A DNA stretch of 50,446 nucleotides from an uncultured Selenomonadales bacterium (GTDB taxonomy: Bacteria > Bacillota > Negativicutes > Selenomonadales > Selenomonadaceae): assembly GCA_937915885.1 (NCBI GenBank), contig CALGGP010000229.1:1-50446 (forward strand). The letters run 5' to 3'. Numbering within the stretch: the stretch's first letter is position 1; every line of letters begins with the position of its first letter. The notes under the pieces were generated by a model, which saw only the letters and a program-made list of their open reading frames with translations, was not told the origin of the DNA and did not search any database. Positions 35,101 through 44,299 of the stretch are shown one piece after another. The position numbers and the translations under genes were made by a program.

Positions 35101-35905
35101 TGCCGCTCACCATCTCTTTCATCGTCGCTTGAAACCATTCCCGCGCCGAAGTCGCGTCGAGCAACGCGTCGAGAAATTTCTCCGCCGGGCGATAGCACGA
35201 ACACCATCTCATTTCGCCCGCCAACATATACAGCCGCGCTCCGTAATACCGCCGCAACCAGCGCAACCCGTAAATCAGAGTTACCTCTTGCGCCGTGCTC
35301 GCCCATTCCTCCGACGCCGCTCGTTGATACAATTCGCTCCACAGCGCCCCGTCCTCGGGCAGCTCAAGCGGATCGCTGAAGTCCTCTTCATACGTGATCA
35401 CCGCTTGCTCGCGTAGCCATGCCGCTCGCGATTCCGCGCTGTCATCAAAGTACAACTTCAACTTCCCGTCCGCATCCTTATTATACCGCAAACTCCCCAC
35501 CGTCCGCATCAGAAAATATGCAAACGTCGGACGCGCATATACTTTCGCCTCCGCCGGTTCGGCTCCGAAGAATTGATCCGCCAACTCCTTCGGCGTGAGT
35601 TTCTTCTTGCGCCGTGCCGTGAAGTGATACAATTCGTCGACGTCGTTGGCGGGCATGCGAAGGAGAAACCGCCCGTCGTCCATCATCAAATAATCTTTGT
35701 TGTAGAAAAAGCCCTTGAGCAGATAACGCTCCGTCGCCAATTTGTATGCTCCGCACCGGTAAATGTCTTCGTCCGTCCAGAAGAACATGTAGCAGCCCTG
35801 ACTGCGGCGCTTGCAATCCTCGTCGTAGAAGACTTCGATCGGCTTGTCGATCGCCTCATTCTTGATCAGCCTCTTAAAGATCGCGCCCATGATGCTGTTC
35901 TTCAT
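35030..35905 (-). CDS. Hypothetical protein (291 aa)
   Basis: The ORF has normal composition and I recognise no motif. It overlaps the next gene by 71 nt. Confidence 0.5.
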   Translation of the reverse strand: MKNSIMGAIFKRLIKNEAIDKPIEVFYDEDCKRRSQGCYMFFWTDEDIYRCGAYKLATERYLLKGFFYNKDYLMMDDGRFLLRMPANDVDELYHFTARRKKKLTPKELADQFFGAEPAEAKVYARPTFAYFLMRTVGSLRYNKDADGKLKLYFDDSAESRAAWLREQAVITYEEDFSDPLELPEDGALWSELYQRAASEEWASTAQEVTLIYGLRWLRRYYGARLYMLAGEMRWCSCYRPAEKFLDALLDATSAREWFQATMKEMVSGIDACGTASDEGVASGVGATGRTA

Positions 35906-35913
35906 TGCCTTTC

Positions 35914-36128
35914 ACTCCCCATTTTCCCCATTTCCCCATTTTCCCCGGCGAAACACATAGATTTCTATTTCGCCGCATTTTTTTTCTTATTTTGATCGAA
36001 ATTAGCGATCGAATTTAGCAGATTTTGATATATATGCGCGAAATTTGGGGAAAAGGGGAAATGCCGTCAAAAACCGCGTCACGACGGCATTTTCAAGCCG
36101 TCAAATTTTCCCCGACGTCATGGGGAAA
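35914..36128. repeat. Array of GGGGAAA(A/T) motifs in both orientations, flanking an AT-rich segment with a 13-bp tandem repeat
   Basis: Four tandem copies lie on one strand at 35914-35946 and two on the other at 36047-36062. An inverted pair TTTCCCC-GACGTCAT-GGGGAAA lies at 36107-36128. The tandem repeat is GATCGAAATTAGC/GATCGAATTTAGC at 35994-36019. Confidence 0.85.
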
Positions 36129-36150
36129 CGGTCATTTCAGGGGTCAAATT

Positions 36151-39039
36151 TTACTCATTTTCGGAGCTTAATTTTTTGAGATTAAGGAAGTCGGCAATGA
36201 TCGCGCCGGGGATTTCAATCATGCGCCGACTTTTTTTGGATTCGCCGTTATCGCAGGTGTGATGGGGATTTTTGCCTTCGCCGTCGGATTTAATCAGACC
36301 GAGCGCGCGGAAGTCGCGAATGCACTTGTCGGCGGGAAATTTTCTCTTCTTGAGCTCGTCACGGAAATACGTCGGAATAACCAACACGCACTCGAGCCGC
36401 AAATCTGCTCCTTCGCCCGCGAAATCGAACTTGCCGAGGATCGGATTTTGTACTTGAGTTTTCTTGTCGGGATTGACGGGATCGGTAAGGTGGTCGCCGC
36501 GGAAGAAGTTTACATGCCCGCGGATCCAGTCGACGATGACGTCCCAAGCGCGGCGGGCATCGGTGAGATCGGCGGCGGTGGGGAGCTTGCCGAAGATGTA
36601 ATCGGCGATGTTGAAGATGGTCTTCTTGACCTTGGGGATGTCGCGACGGAGGTCTTTTGAATGAGCGAGCTCGAAAAGGTAGAGAGAGGAAATGAAGTCG
36701 GAGGCGCAGATGAGCGAAACAAATCTGACGTGCTCGGAGGAAAAAGTGCCGTCGAATTTTTTCAAGCCGGAATAGAACTCGTCGAAGGTGTCGCGTACGT
36801 TGCGGAAATTTTCAACGCGATGCGGCATGAGTTGATCGATGAAAAGGCGTCCTGCGCAGCCGTGATATTTTTTGACGAAGTTATGAATGTCGGATGGGGA
36901 AACGGCTTGGAAAATCTTTTCGCCGTACTCGAGAGGAATTTCAAGGACGCGATTGAAGGCGCCGGTGCCCGCCTCGCGATCAATCAATTTATTTTCGCCC
37001 GACGCCAAGATGGGCATGCGCCAGAAGGAGTTCGGACGAGACTGCAGAGTTCTGGTCATGCGCCCTTTATTGATCTCGCCGCAGAAGAAGTACATAAGGG
37101 CGGTGAGGTCGAGCCTCTGATCGGCGACCTGCCGTTCGTCAATCATCATGGGCAAATTGTTGGATCGGACGGCAACCGCTTCCAAGCCGTTGGCGGTCGA
37201 TTTGAATGTGCTCAACATTTTATCGGGATTGCCCCAAGCCGACAGCGCGAATTTCTGAGCGGCGCTTTTGCCCGACAGAGACGTGCCCCAGAGGTAGGTG
37301 GCGAAGGTACGGATGTCGAGGATGGGCATGAGAGGAGCGGCGAAGGAAACATCGAGCATGATGCGCGGGATCGGATTGGTCTCCGCGCGGAGTTTCTCCG
37401 CCATGTCAATCCACACGTCGGGTCCGCCCTTGAAAGTATAGAAGTCGTCGAGCGACGGCGCGTAGTACTCGCGGTAGTGAGGGAGGACGAAGTCGGCGAA
37501 GTCGTTATGCCAGCCGGGCTGAGTGTATTCAATGTCGGAGGGCATGGTGTCGGAGTTGAGCTTGATGAATTTATTGAAAAAGACGACCAAACGCTTGGCG
37601 GCGCCTGTGAAGGTTTGAATGCCGAAGTCGGCGAGCTTTACGGTCTTAGAGTGATCGGCGATCACGTCGGCGTCCACCGTGAGTTCGCGCCACTGCTCGC
37701 CGTCAAGATATGCCAACACATATTTGGTGGTCTTGAATTGCTGATGGAATAATTTTTTGGCGGGAAAAACGGGCGTGAGAGAGGCCTCCTTGCCGTCGAC
37801 TTCGCTCACTCCGTCGCCGGTGAGACTCCAGCCGGGCGGGATTTTATAATCGAAGGGGCAAGTCGGAAAGACGGCCTTAGTGGTGCGTTTGAAGTCGGAT
37901 TCGTCGAGAATGGGATCGATGTCGGCGATCGGACGAGGAACGTCGGCGGCCAGCGCCAACAACCGCTTGCAATTGGACGTGAGCAGTTCGCGATTGGCGA
38001 CGAGCAGTTCGTTGGCGTCCTTGTAAGCGGCAGGGAGAGATGAGCCGTCGACAACGGCGATGCCGAGCTTTTTAATGGCGTTGGCAAGTTTTTTGAAGTT
38101 GAGCAAGCCCGCGTCATCATTATCGAGAGACAAAATGATTGACTTGGGAGCGGGCTCGGCGGCTTGGAGCGCGCGAATGAAGATATTTTTATTGGTGGCG
38201 GAGTTGATAGCGACGACGTTGTTGAAGCCGACTTCGGCGACGGAGAGGGCGTCGATGGCGCCTTCGACCGCGAACACGATCTCGTTCTCCGACAGCGCAC
38301 GCTCATTGAACACGTGCACCTTGCCGGCGTTCTGCTTGGTATATTTTTTGTCCTTATCGGAAATGCGCAGTCTGGTGTCGCGAGCGATGTAGGAGTGTGG
38401 CGACGTGGGAATGATGAGAACGGGCTTGCCGGGACCGTAACGGCGTTTCAGATCGGGATGGAACCAACCTTTTGCAAAGCCGATGCCGAAGGCGCGGGCA
38501 GTCTCGATCGAGATTCCGCGGCGCTCGAGGTAATCGGTTTGATCGATGTTTTGAGCGGCGGCGGCGCAGAAGTCGGAGTAATCGGGTTCGTCGTTGGTGA
38601 CGGAAGGGGCGCCGTCGGCACTCCCGCCCACGGAGGACGGCGCCCGACGGAGATCGCGGTTCCCACCCGTGCCGACGTCGCCCGACTCTTTTTTCGACGG
38701 CTTGAGAGTGATGCGATCGAGATCGGCGCAATCGTCGACGGACACTCCGACGCGATCCGCGACGCCTTTGACGATTTCGCGAAAGTCGGATTTGAGGTCG
38801 AGATGATTTTCCTCGGCGTAGAGCGAGAAGATGTCGCCGCTGAACCCGCACTTGAAGCAGTGCAGCAAGCCCGGCGTGTCCTTCACTTCGTCGACGCCGG
38901 TGCCGTCCTCGCCCGAGCCGTTCCCGCACAGCGGGCAGATGATCCCGCGAGTGGCGGCGTGGGGGTACACGTCATCCCAGTGGTGGCGCAAGTCGTTGAG
39001 CGTGAAGTGATCAATCATTTTGTAAGCAACTCCTTTCAT
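36151..39039 (-). CDS. Primase-helicase: CHC2 zinc finger + Toprim + DUF927-type P-loop domain
   Basis: The zinc finger is CPLCGN...HCFKCGFSGDIFSL. Toprim motifs are FAVEGAIDALSV and LSLDNDDAG. A Walker-A-like GTSLSGKS lies in the C-terminal half. Confidence 0.8.
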   Translation of the reverse strand: MKGVAYKMIDHFTLNDLRHHWDDVYPHAATRGIICPLCGNGSGEDGTGVDEVKDTPGLLHCFKCGFSGDIFSLYAEENHLDLKSDFREIVKGVADRVGVSVDDCADLDRITLKPSKKESGDVGTGGNRDLRRAPSSVGGSADGAPSVTNDEPDYSDFCAAAAQNIDQTDYLERRGISIETARAFGIGFAKGWFHPDLKRRYGPGKPVLIIPTSPHSYIARDTRLRISDKDKKYTKQNAGKVHVFNERALSENEIVFAVEGAIDALSVAEVGFNNVVAINSATNKNIFIRALQAAEPAPKSIILSLDNDDAGLLNFKKLANAIKKLGIAVVDGSSLPAAYKDANELLVANRELLTSNCKRLLALAADVPRPIADIDPILDESDFKRTTKAVFPTCPFDYKIPPGWSLTGDGVSEVDGKEASLTPVFPAKKLFHQQFKTTKYVLAYLDGEQWRELTVDADVIADHSKTVKLADFGIQTFTGAAKRLVVFFNKFIKLNSDTMPSDIEYTQPGWHNDFADFVLPHYREYYAPSLDDFYTFKGGPDVWIDMAEKLRAETNPIPRIMLDVSFAAPLMPILDIRTFATYLWGTSLSGKSAAQKFALSAWGNPDKMLSTFKSTANGLEAVAVRSNNLPMMIDERQVADQRLDLTALMYFFCGEINKGRMTRTLQSRPNSFWRMPILASGENKLIDREAGTGAFNRVLEIPLEYGEKIFQAVSPSDIHNFVKKYHGCAGRLFIDQLMPHRVENFRNVRDTFDEFYSGLKKFDGTFSSEHVRFVSLICASDFISSLYLFELAHSKDLRRDIPKVKKTIFNIADYIFGKLPTAADLTDARRAWDVIVDWIRGHVNFFRGDHLTDPVNPDKKTQVQNPILGKFDFAGEGADLRLECVLVIPTYFRDELKKRKFPADKCIRDFRALGLIKSDGEGKNPHHTCDNGESKKSRRMIEIPGAIIADFLNLKKLSSENE

Positions 39040-39404
39040 TTGACGGGCAAAGTCTCAACGCTGATGTCAACGCCCTGCCGAACGTTTTTCTCCTTGCGAG
39101 CGGAGAGACTTACGACGAGACGATCGTCGGTGTAAATGACGCCGTTAAGAGCGTCAAGAACGGCTTTAATGTGATTGTCAAGGTCGCCGTAATTGCGGCT
39201 GTCGACTTTGATGTTGCGTCTGACGGTGACGTCGACGGCGACTAAAGTAGAAATGGGGGGGCGGCCGCGCATGGCAGCGCGCCCCGTCACAGCGATTAAT
39301 TTTTTGTACTCGGCGACGCGTTTAATGTCGAAGGCGTGCCCTCGGACGACGCGCGGCCGCGCCTGAGGAAAGGGCTTGGTGTCGACGCTGAATTGAATGA
39401 TCAT
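39036..39404 (-). CDS. rusA: RusA-family Holliday junction resolvase
   Basis: The 122-aa protein carries ...KPFPQARPR...GDLDNHIKAVLDALNGVIYTDDRLV, the RusA signature. Confidence 0.8.
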   Translation of the reverse strand: MIIQFSVDTKPFPQARPRVVRGHAFDIKRVAEYKKLIAVTGRAAMRGRPPISTLVAVDVTVRRNIKVDSRNYGDLDNHIKAVLDALNGVIYTDDRLVVSLSARKEKNVRQGVDISVETLPVK

Positions 39405-39631
39405 GGCGGGTCGATGCCCAACCTTTTATAGGCGCGCGCCCGATCGTCGGGGGCGCAATCCTCGAAGGGGTCTTTGATGCCGAGCGCGCGGGCGGCGTCA
39501 AACTGTCGGCGCGTGACCATGCTCGGGATCAATCCGACGGCGCCGTACGCGTCCGCTATCAAATCGGCGTAAGTGTCATCGTCCATTTCTTCGATGCTCG
39601 GCGCAATCCACTCCTTTTTGCTTTTATCCAT
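39401..39631 (-). CDS. Hypothetical protein (76 aa)
   Basis: It is an ORF coupled to its neighbours (ATGA overlap), with no recognised motif. Confidence 0.4.
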   Translation of the reverse strand: MDKSKKEWIAPSIEEMDDDTYADLIADAYGAVGLIPSMVTRRQFDAARALGIKDPFEDCAPDDRARAYKRLGIDPP

Positions 39632-39812
39632 GGCGCTCCTCCGTAGGTTTGACGAACTCCGACAGGATAGCGTCTTCCTTATCGGGCGCGAATTTGATCT
39701 TCGACCGGTCGACGCGATCGGGCGTGACGCCGAGCATCTGCATCAGACGCGCGGCAACGTAGAATTTCCTCTGCTTGTAAGTCATATGACGGAACTCGGA
39801 TTGCCCGATCAT
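39624..39812 (-). CDS. Hypothetical protein (62 aa)
   Basis: It is an ORF coupled to its neighbours, with no recognised motif. Confidence 0.35.
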   Translation of the reverse strand: MIGQSEFRHMTYKQRKFYVAARLMQMLGVTPDRVDRSKIKFAPDKEDAILSEFVKPTEERHG

Positions 39813-40282
39813 ACCGCGTCACCGTCTTCGTCGTCGGCGGTGTCTTCGGACGTGTCTTCGGGCGTCGCCAGTTCGTTGAGCAGATTGCCGACGATGGTGA
39901 GATTGCGCGCCCTTCCCTTCGCCAGTCGACGGTAGATCGTCGCGTTGGGAAATTCGCAGTACCGATACTCGTCGTCGCCTCCGAACTCCGTCTCGGTGAT
40001 GGTCTCCACGTGCGACGTGTAGAAGGCGCCGCGATCGGCGTCGTAGAAGGCGAGCATCTTGATCTCGGGGCGGTAGCGGTCGATGAGATAATCGCCCTCG
40101 AAAATCTCTTCGCCTTCGGAGTCGATGAGATTGCTGTTGAGGCAGAGGGTGTAGGGGGCGACGGCGATGGGATCGTGGTCGATCCAGACGGCGTCGCGCT
40201 GCCGATCAATCTCTCCGACGACCACTTTGCCGACGGTCTCTGCCGCTATGCTTATCGCCTTTGCCACGGTGAACGGTGTCAT
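39809..40282 (-). CDS. YopX-like protein with acidic C-terminal tail
   Basis: EGEEIFEGDYL...LTIVGNLLNEL matches the YopX pattern (G..IyEGD ... iiGNi.e). Confidence 0.6.
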   Translation of the reverse strand: MTPFTVAKAISIAAETVGKVVVGEIDRQRDAVWIDHDPIAVAPYTLCLNSNLIDSEGEEIFEGDYLIDRYRPEIKMLAFYDADRGAFYTSHVETITETEFGGDDEYRYCEFPNATIYRRLAKGRARNLTIVGNLLNELATPEDTSEDTADDEDGDAV

Positions 40283-40284
40283 TT

Positions 40285-40662
40285 TCAGTCCTCCTGTATT
40301 TCCTCATAGATATTGCCGATGATGCGAGTGTGCTTGGCGAGGCGCGCGGTGAGTGTGCGCCTGTAATTGCGGACGGCGGCGACGGGACCGAAGTAGCGAA
40401 TGAAGAAGTGCCCGCCTTCGTCCGACCAGCCCACTTCGCAGGTTCGATCGTTGTACTTGACGAAATCGCCCGTGAAAATCTCCTTGCCGGTCTCGTCGAC
40501 AAAGCCCGTGTTGAAGGTGAGAGTGGTGCCGTCGACGCTATAATCGTCAATCCATTTGTGATCGAACTCCATGTCGGTGACAATGCCGTCGAGTTTGCCG
40601 ACGCGGATGAAGGAGGGGAAGTCGCGATCGCGGGCGCGCGCTAAGCTGAATGCTCTGGTCAT
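40285..40662 (-). CDS. YopX-like protein
   Basis: DETGKEIFTGDFV...TRIIGNIYEE matches the YopX pattern. Confidence 0.65.
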   Translation of the reverse strand: MTRAFSLARARDRDFPSFIRVGKLDGIVTDMEFDHKWIDDYSVDGTTLTFNTGFVDETGKEIFTGDFVKYNDRTCEVGWSDEGGHFFIRYFGPVAAVRNYRRTLTARLAKHTRIIGNIYEEIQED

Positions 40663-40681
40663 AATTCTTTCCTCCTATTGA

Positions 40682-41299
40682 TCAAAGAAACGGAATATCG
40701 AATTCTTCTTCGTCCGGCAGCTCGTTGCCCGACTTCTCTTTCGGCGGCTCCCGCGCGCGTGTCGGCGTCGGCTCCGTCACGTACCGCCACGACCCGTCGA
40801 TGCCTTGTATGCGCGCGATGGGCGGCACGCCCTTATGAATTTGGTCGACGGAATAAGATTTGTTCGGCTTGATCGACAGCAGAATTTTGCCGTTGTGCTC
40901 GAACTCCTCGCCGTCGCACAACACTCCTATCAGCAGCCCCTTCAGCGACTTCTCGTCAAAGATTTTGCCGTTGCAGTGCTCGGCCAGATCGTATCCGGCA
41001 TTGGAACGCTCGAAATTTTTCAGCAGTCTCTTGAACAGACCCGCACTCTTGCCGTCCGACAGCTGATACATTCTCAACCACTTAGGATCGTAGCCCATAT
41101 CCGCTCGGTGATCGTTGTCTCGCGTGTACCAACCGCTGAACGGGCCCTCCGCAATGTCGAGATCGAGCACCAACATCGGTCGCCCGCTCTTTGACAGCGT
41201 CGCCTTCGACAGCACTACCTTGCACACGTACGAGTCGGGCGGCGGCTTTTGAAAATCGCCCGCCTCCGACAGCGTCTCAAAATCGTCGGGCAGTTGCAT
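40682..41299 (-). CDS. DUF669-type phage ssDNA-binding-like protein with SSB-like acidic tip
   Basis: It pairs with the upstream Sak4-like ATPase, as is typical. The C-terminus DEEEFDIPFL resembles the SSB C-terminal D-D-D-I-P-F tip. Confidence 0.55.
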   Translation of the reverse strand: MQLPDDFETLSEAGDFQKPPPDSYVCKVVLSKATLSKSGRPMLVLDLDIAEGPFSGWYTRDNDHRADMGYDPKWLRMYQLSDGKSAGLFKRLLKNFERSNAGYDLAEHCNGKIFDEKSLKGLLIGVLCDGEEFEHNGKILLSIKPNKSYSVDQIHKGVPPIARIQGIDGSWRYVTEPTPTRAREPPKEKSGNELPDEEEFDIPFL

Positions 41300-41302
41300 T
41301 CT

Positions 41303-41974
41303 TTACCCCTCCTCGAACTCGATCAGCCGCGCTATCACTTCCGCTATGTCATTCTCCACCTTCTCGGGCAGCGCTCCGATCGGCGCCTTCGCCGTCGATT
41401 TTTGCGGCGTCGTCTCGAACCAATATTGCGCTCCGTCCGTCTTCGCATACAGCACCGTCGTGAACAGGCTTTCGAGCACGATTCGTTTCAACTTCTGACC
41501 GGACGTGCGCACTTGCGAAAAGATTTCCGCCCCGTTCTGGTCGCGCTCGATGTCCACGTGCCCGATGAACACCACAGTGAGATCGTCTCGATACGACGCC
41601 GCCTGCTTGACCGTCTCAAAGATGCACGCCGCAAGGTCTTGATATTTGTCAAAGCCCTTCTCCTTCCGTCGACGGAACTCGTCCGTCACCATCAACGTCG
41701 ATATCCCGTCCACCACGATCGTCTTGATGTGCTTGTACGGCTCGCCGGTGGCGACGGCTCGAATGAGGAACGGCACTGAGATTTTCGTGTGAGGATCAAG
41801 TTCGTCGGTGCGGAAATAATTTTTGTTGTCGGCGTTGTAATTTTTCCTCCAGCCGCGCCACGAAAGACCCTTGCCGTCGCAATCGATGAAAAATGTCGAT
41901 GCGGGATCGAGATTCCGACACGATGTCGTTTTGCCCGCCCCCGATTGCCCGTAAATCAGGATCGTCCGGCTCAT
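41303..41974 (-). CDS. AAA_24 / Sak4-like RecA-fold ATPase (recombination mediator)
   Basis: It has Walker A IYGQSGAGKTT and Walker B-like TIVVDGIST, is about 220 aa, and sits next to DUF669. Confidence 0.7.
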   Translation of the reverse strand: MSRTILIYGQSGAGKTTSCRNLDPASTFFIDCDGKGLSWRGWRKNYNADNKNYFRTDELDPHTKISVPFLIRAVATGEPYKHIKTIVVDGISTLMVTDEFRRRKEKGFDKYQDLAACIFETVKQAASYRDDLTVVFIGHVDIERDQNGAEIFSQVRTSGQKLKRIVLESLFTTVLYAKTDGAQYWFETTPQKSTAKAPIGALPEKVENDIAEVIARLIEFEEG

Positions 41975-42199
41975 TCAATCACTCCTTCCCGCTATGATGC
42001 ACTCGTCGGCAATCGCATACAGCGGCGCGATGTACGGGTTATCTTCGTCGAGCTGCTCCACGTACCACTGCTCATAGCCGCGCTGCCAAAATACGCGCCA
42101 CTTCGCTATGACGCCGAACAGATCATTTTCTTCGGCAAGCAGATCGCCTTCGTAAATTTCGTCGCCGTTGGCGTCCTCGTAGCCCGTCGCGCGCCTCAT
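41975..42199 (-). CDS. Short YopX-like fragment protein
   Basis: The N-terminus has the GDEIYEGDLL motif but lacks the IGNI end. Confidence 0.4.
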   Translation of the reverse strand: MRRATGYEDANGDEIYEGDLLAEENDLFGVIAKWRVFWQRGYEQWYVEQLDEDNPYIAPLYAIADECIIAGRSD

Positions 42200-42384
42200 T
42201 TTTTCCTCTCCTTCGGCGCGAACCTATACTGCACGCAGCAGCGGTCGAACACCTGGTGCACGTTGCCTTCGCGAGGGAAGAGCGGATCGCGGGCAATGTC
42301 GTTTGCCAGATTGCCTTCGGGCGTGTCTGTTCCAAGGTGCGTACGCATCAGCCAGTCGTAAAATGTGATGCCGTAAGGGCTCAT
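42196..42384 (-). CDS. YozE-like (SAM-like fold) small protein
   Basis: ITFYDWLMRTHLGTDTPEGNLANDIARDPLFP resembles the YozE/UPF0346 pattern. Confidence 0.5.
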   Translation of the reverse strand: MSPYGITFYDWLMRTHLGTDTPEGNLANDIARDPLFPREGNVHQVFDRCCVQYRFAPKERKK

Positions 42385-42668
42385 TCCACCACTCCTTTTC
42401 GGTGGAGGCGTTTCGTAAGCGGACTGAGGCGTGCCGGATATGCAAGGATACGGAGATCAAGGGTGTCGAAAGCGATAAACCTTTCATCCCACAAACCGTA
42501 CCAGCGGCAGCCGTAGGGACGCGGGCGGATGTAGGGTACGTTGCGGTATTTCACCTCCCAATGCTCGCCCTGCCTGACTTTCTTGCTGCGCTCGGGCGTG
42601 AGAATGTCGCCTTCGCGGATGGGCTTGCCGTGGCTGTCGACGAAGCCCGTAAAACGTTTCAGTTTCAT
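42381..42668 (-). CDS. YopX-like N-terminal domain protein
   Basis: It carries TGFVDSHGKPIREGDIL and has a strong AAAGGAGG RBS. Confidence 0.45.
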   Translation of the reverse strand: MKLKRFTGFVDSHGKPIREGDILTPERSKKVRQGEHWEVKYRNVPYIRPRPYGCRWYGLWDERFIAFDTLDLRILAYPARLSPLTKRLHRKGVVE

Positions 42669-42868
42669 ACGAAATTCCTCCTTTCAAATTAGAGCGCGTA
42701 GCGGGCGACGAAGGAAAGGGATGCACAAAGCTCCGTCGACCCGCCGCACGACGACCTGCTCACCGTGTCGAAGGCAGGGTTTCACCTTCTTTCATAAAAA
42801 AATTTTTTAGTGAAATCCCTGAAGTCGTCGGGCGCTCACGTAAAGGCTCCGCGCGGGAGCCCTTAATG

Positions 42869-43210
42869 TCAACGTCCGAAGCGGTTCTCGAGTTTGGTAA
42901 GAATGAGGTCGATGGCGGAGATGTCGATGATGAGGAAGCCCTTTTTTACGTCGAGTTTGAAGGGCATGAATCGTTTGACGACGTCGCCGACGGCAGACTG
43001 CTCGCCGATGCGAAGTGGCTTGTCGGCGTAATGAGCGTCGATGGATGAGACGAGATGTTTGACGGCGGTAAGGAGATTGACGGTGTCGTTTAGGTTATTG
43101 ATCTCGAAAGGTCTGAGATGCAATTGGCCGAGCTTTAGTTCGGCTTGACGGATCAGGTAGTTGAGCGTCTTATGAAGGCGCTCGCAACGGATTTTCAGCA
43201 TGCGGCTCAT
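42869..43210 (-). CDS. Hypothetical protein (113 aa)
   Basis: The start is set at MSRMLKI (ATGA overlap with the upstream gene). I recognise no motif. Confidence 0.45.
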   Translation of the reverse strand: MSRMLKIRCERLHKTLNYLIRQAELKLGQLHLRPFEINNLNDTVNLLTAVKHLVSSIDAHYADKPLRIGEQSAVGDVVKRFMPFKLDVKKGFLIIDISAIDLILTKLENRFGR

Positions 43211-43845
43211 CCTCTCTGAGTAATTCTGCCGGTTCTGGCATTGACACGGGCGTTTTTTGGGGGCGTTCTGACGTAAGTGAGTAGCATCCGATGATCGGCG
43301 GTGTCGAGCGCGGTGCGGAGGTATCTGTCGGGCCATTTGGTAAGAGCGTTGGCGAGGAAGTGCTCATCGACGGTGATGTCGTAAATCTTCTCGTAAGCCT
43401 TCTTCGGAGCAATCAATTCGATCTGCACGCGCCAGAGATTGTCGTCGGTGACGGTCTCCTTTATTTTCTGATAGACGGAGTCGGGGTTGAGCAGGTAGCT
43501 CGTGCGGAAGTGATTATCGCGTGTGGATTGAGTGATCTTGAAATCCTTGGCGTGATGCTCACGAGAGATGCGATCGATGTTGGCGACGTTGAAGGCGGCT
43601 CGAGCCTCGGCAAGATCGGCGGCGGCAAGATGCTCGCGCTGATCGTCGGTGAGCCGCGCGTCGTCGTCACGAATGTCGATGCGCATGATCTTCGACATGA
43701 TGAGTTCGTTGACGGCTTGAAAGGTCTGTTTGACGGCGAAATTGCGGGTGGCATTGATGAAGCGCTCGGCGTCAATGCGGTCGTGTAAGAGGAGATTGCG
43801 TAGCGTATCGACGGGTCTGTAGCCGATTTGGATGGGCAACAACAT
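43207..43845 (-). CDS. Hypothetical protein (212 aa)
   Basis: The start is set at MLLPIQI (TGATG overlap with the upstream gene). I recognise no motif. Confidence 0.45.
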   Translation of the reverse strand: MLLPIQIGYRPVDTLRNLLLHDRIDAERFINATRNFAVKQTFQAVNELIMSKIMRIDIRDDDARLTDDQREHLAAADLAEARAAFNVANIDRISREHHAKDFKITQSTRDNHFRTSYLLNPDSVYQKIKETVTDDNLWRVQIELIAPKKAYEKIYDITVDEHFLANALTKWPDRYLRTALDTADHRMLLTYVRTPPKNARVNARTGRITQRG

Positions 43846-44285
43846 CAGGCGTGCCTCCTTTCCTTGATCAAGAGATTGGTTTGAACGACGAGCGCTTGCA
43901 ATTGGCGCAGCGTCGGTAAAAAGACGTCGTCTTTGAAGCTGCGGCGTCGGAGCATCCAATCCTCGTCGCGTGCGGTGTCGACGGAGCGGGCGATGAAGCG
44001 GAGCGCGACGTCGTCACGGACGAACAGTCCTTTGTTGCGAAGTTTGGTATCGACGTTGAAGATGTGCTCATTGATGCGCAGCGCGTCGTCGATGTTACTC
44101 CAGTTGGGGTAAGTGACGGTGCCTTTTTTTGTTTGACGGATGAAGCAGTGCCCGAGACCGATGGCGATATCCTTGACTTGGAAGAAGATGGCGCCGTCGG
44201 AGAAAACGGCGACTTGTAATCCGTTGACGCGGTGAATGTTGCGTGGTGGCGTGTCGATGGAGGGAATGATGAGCGTATCTTTCAT
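43845..44285 (-). CDS. Bro-N-like DNA-binding / antirepressor-type protein
   Basis: RVNGLQVAVFSDGAIFFQVKDIAIGLGH resembles the Bro-N pattern (..dge.wFva.Dva.aLG.). Confidence 0.45.
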   Translation of the reverse strand: MKDTLIIPSIDTPPRNIHRVNGLQVAVFSDGAIFFQVKDIAIGLGHCFIRQTKKGTVTYPNWSNIDDALRINEHIFNVDTKLRNKGLFVRDDVALRFIARSVDTARDEDWMLRRRSFKDDVFLPTLRQLQALVVQTNLLIKERRHA

Positions 44286-44299
44286 GATGCAGGACCTTT

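Noticed and set aside
35914-36128. Possible CRISPR array, because of the repeated GGGGAAA units
   Set aside because: The units are only 7-9 bp, directly abutting or in mixed orientation, with no spacers of 25-40 bp. No cas genes are present.
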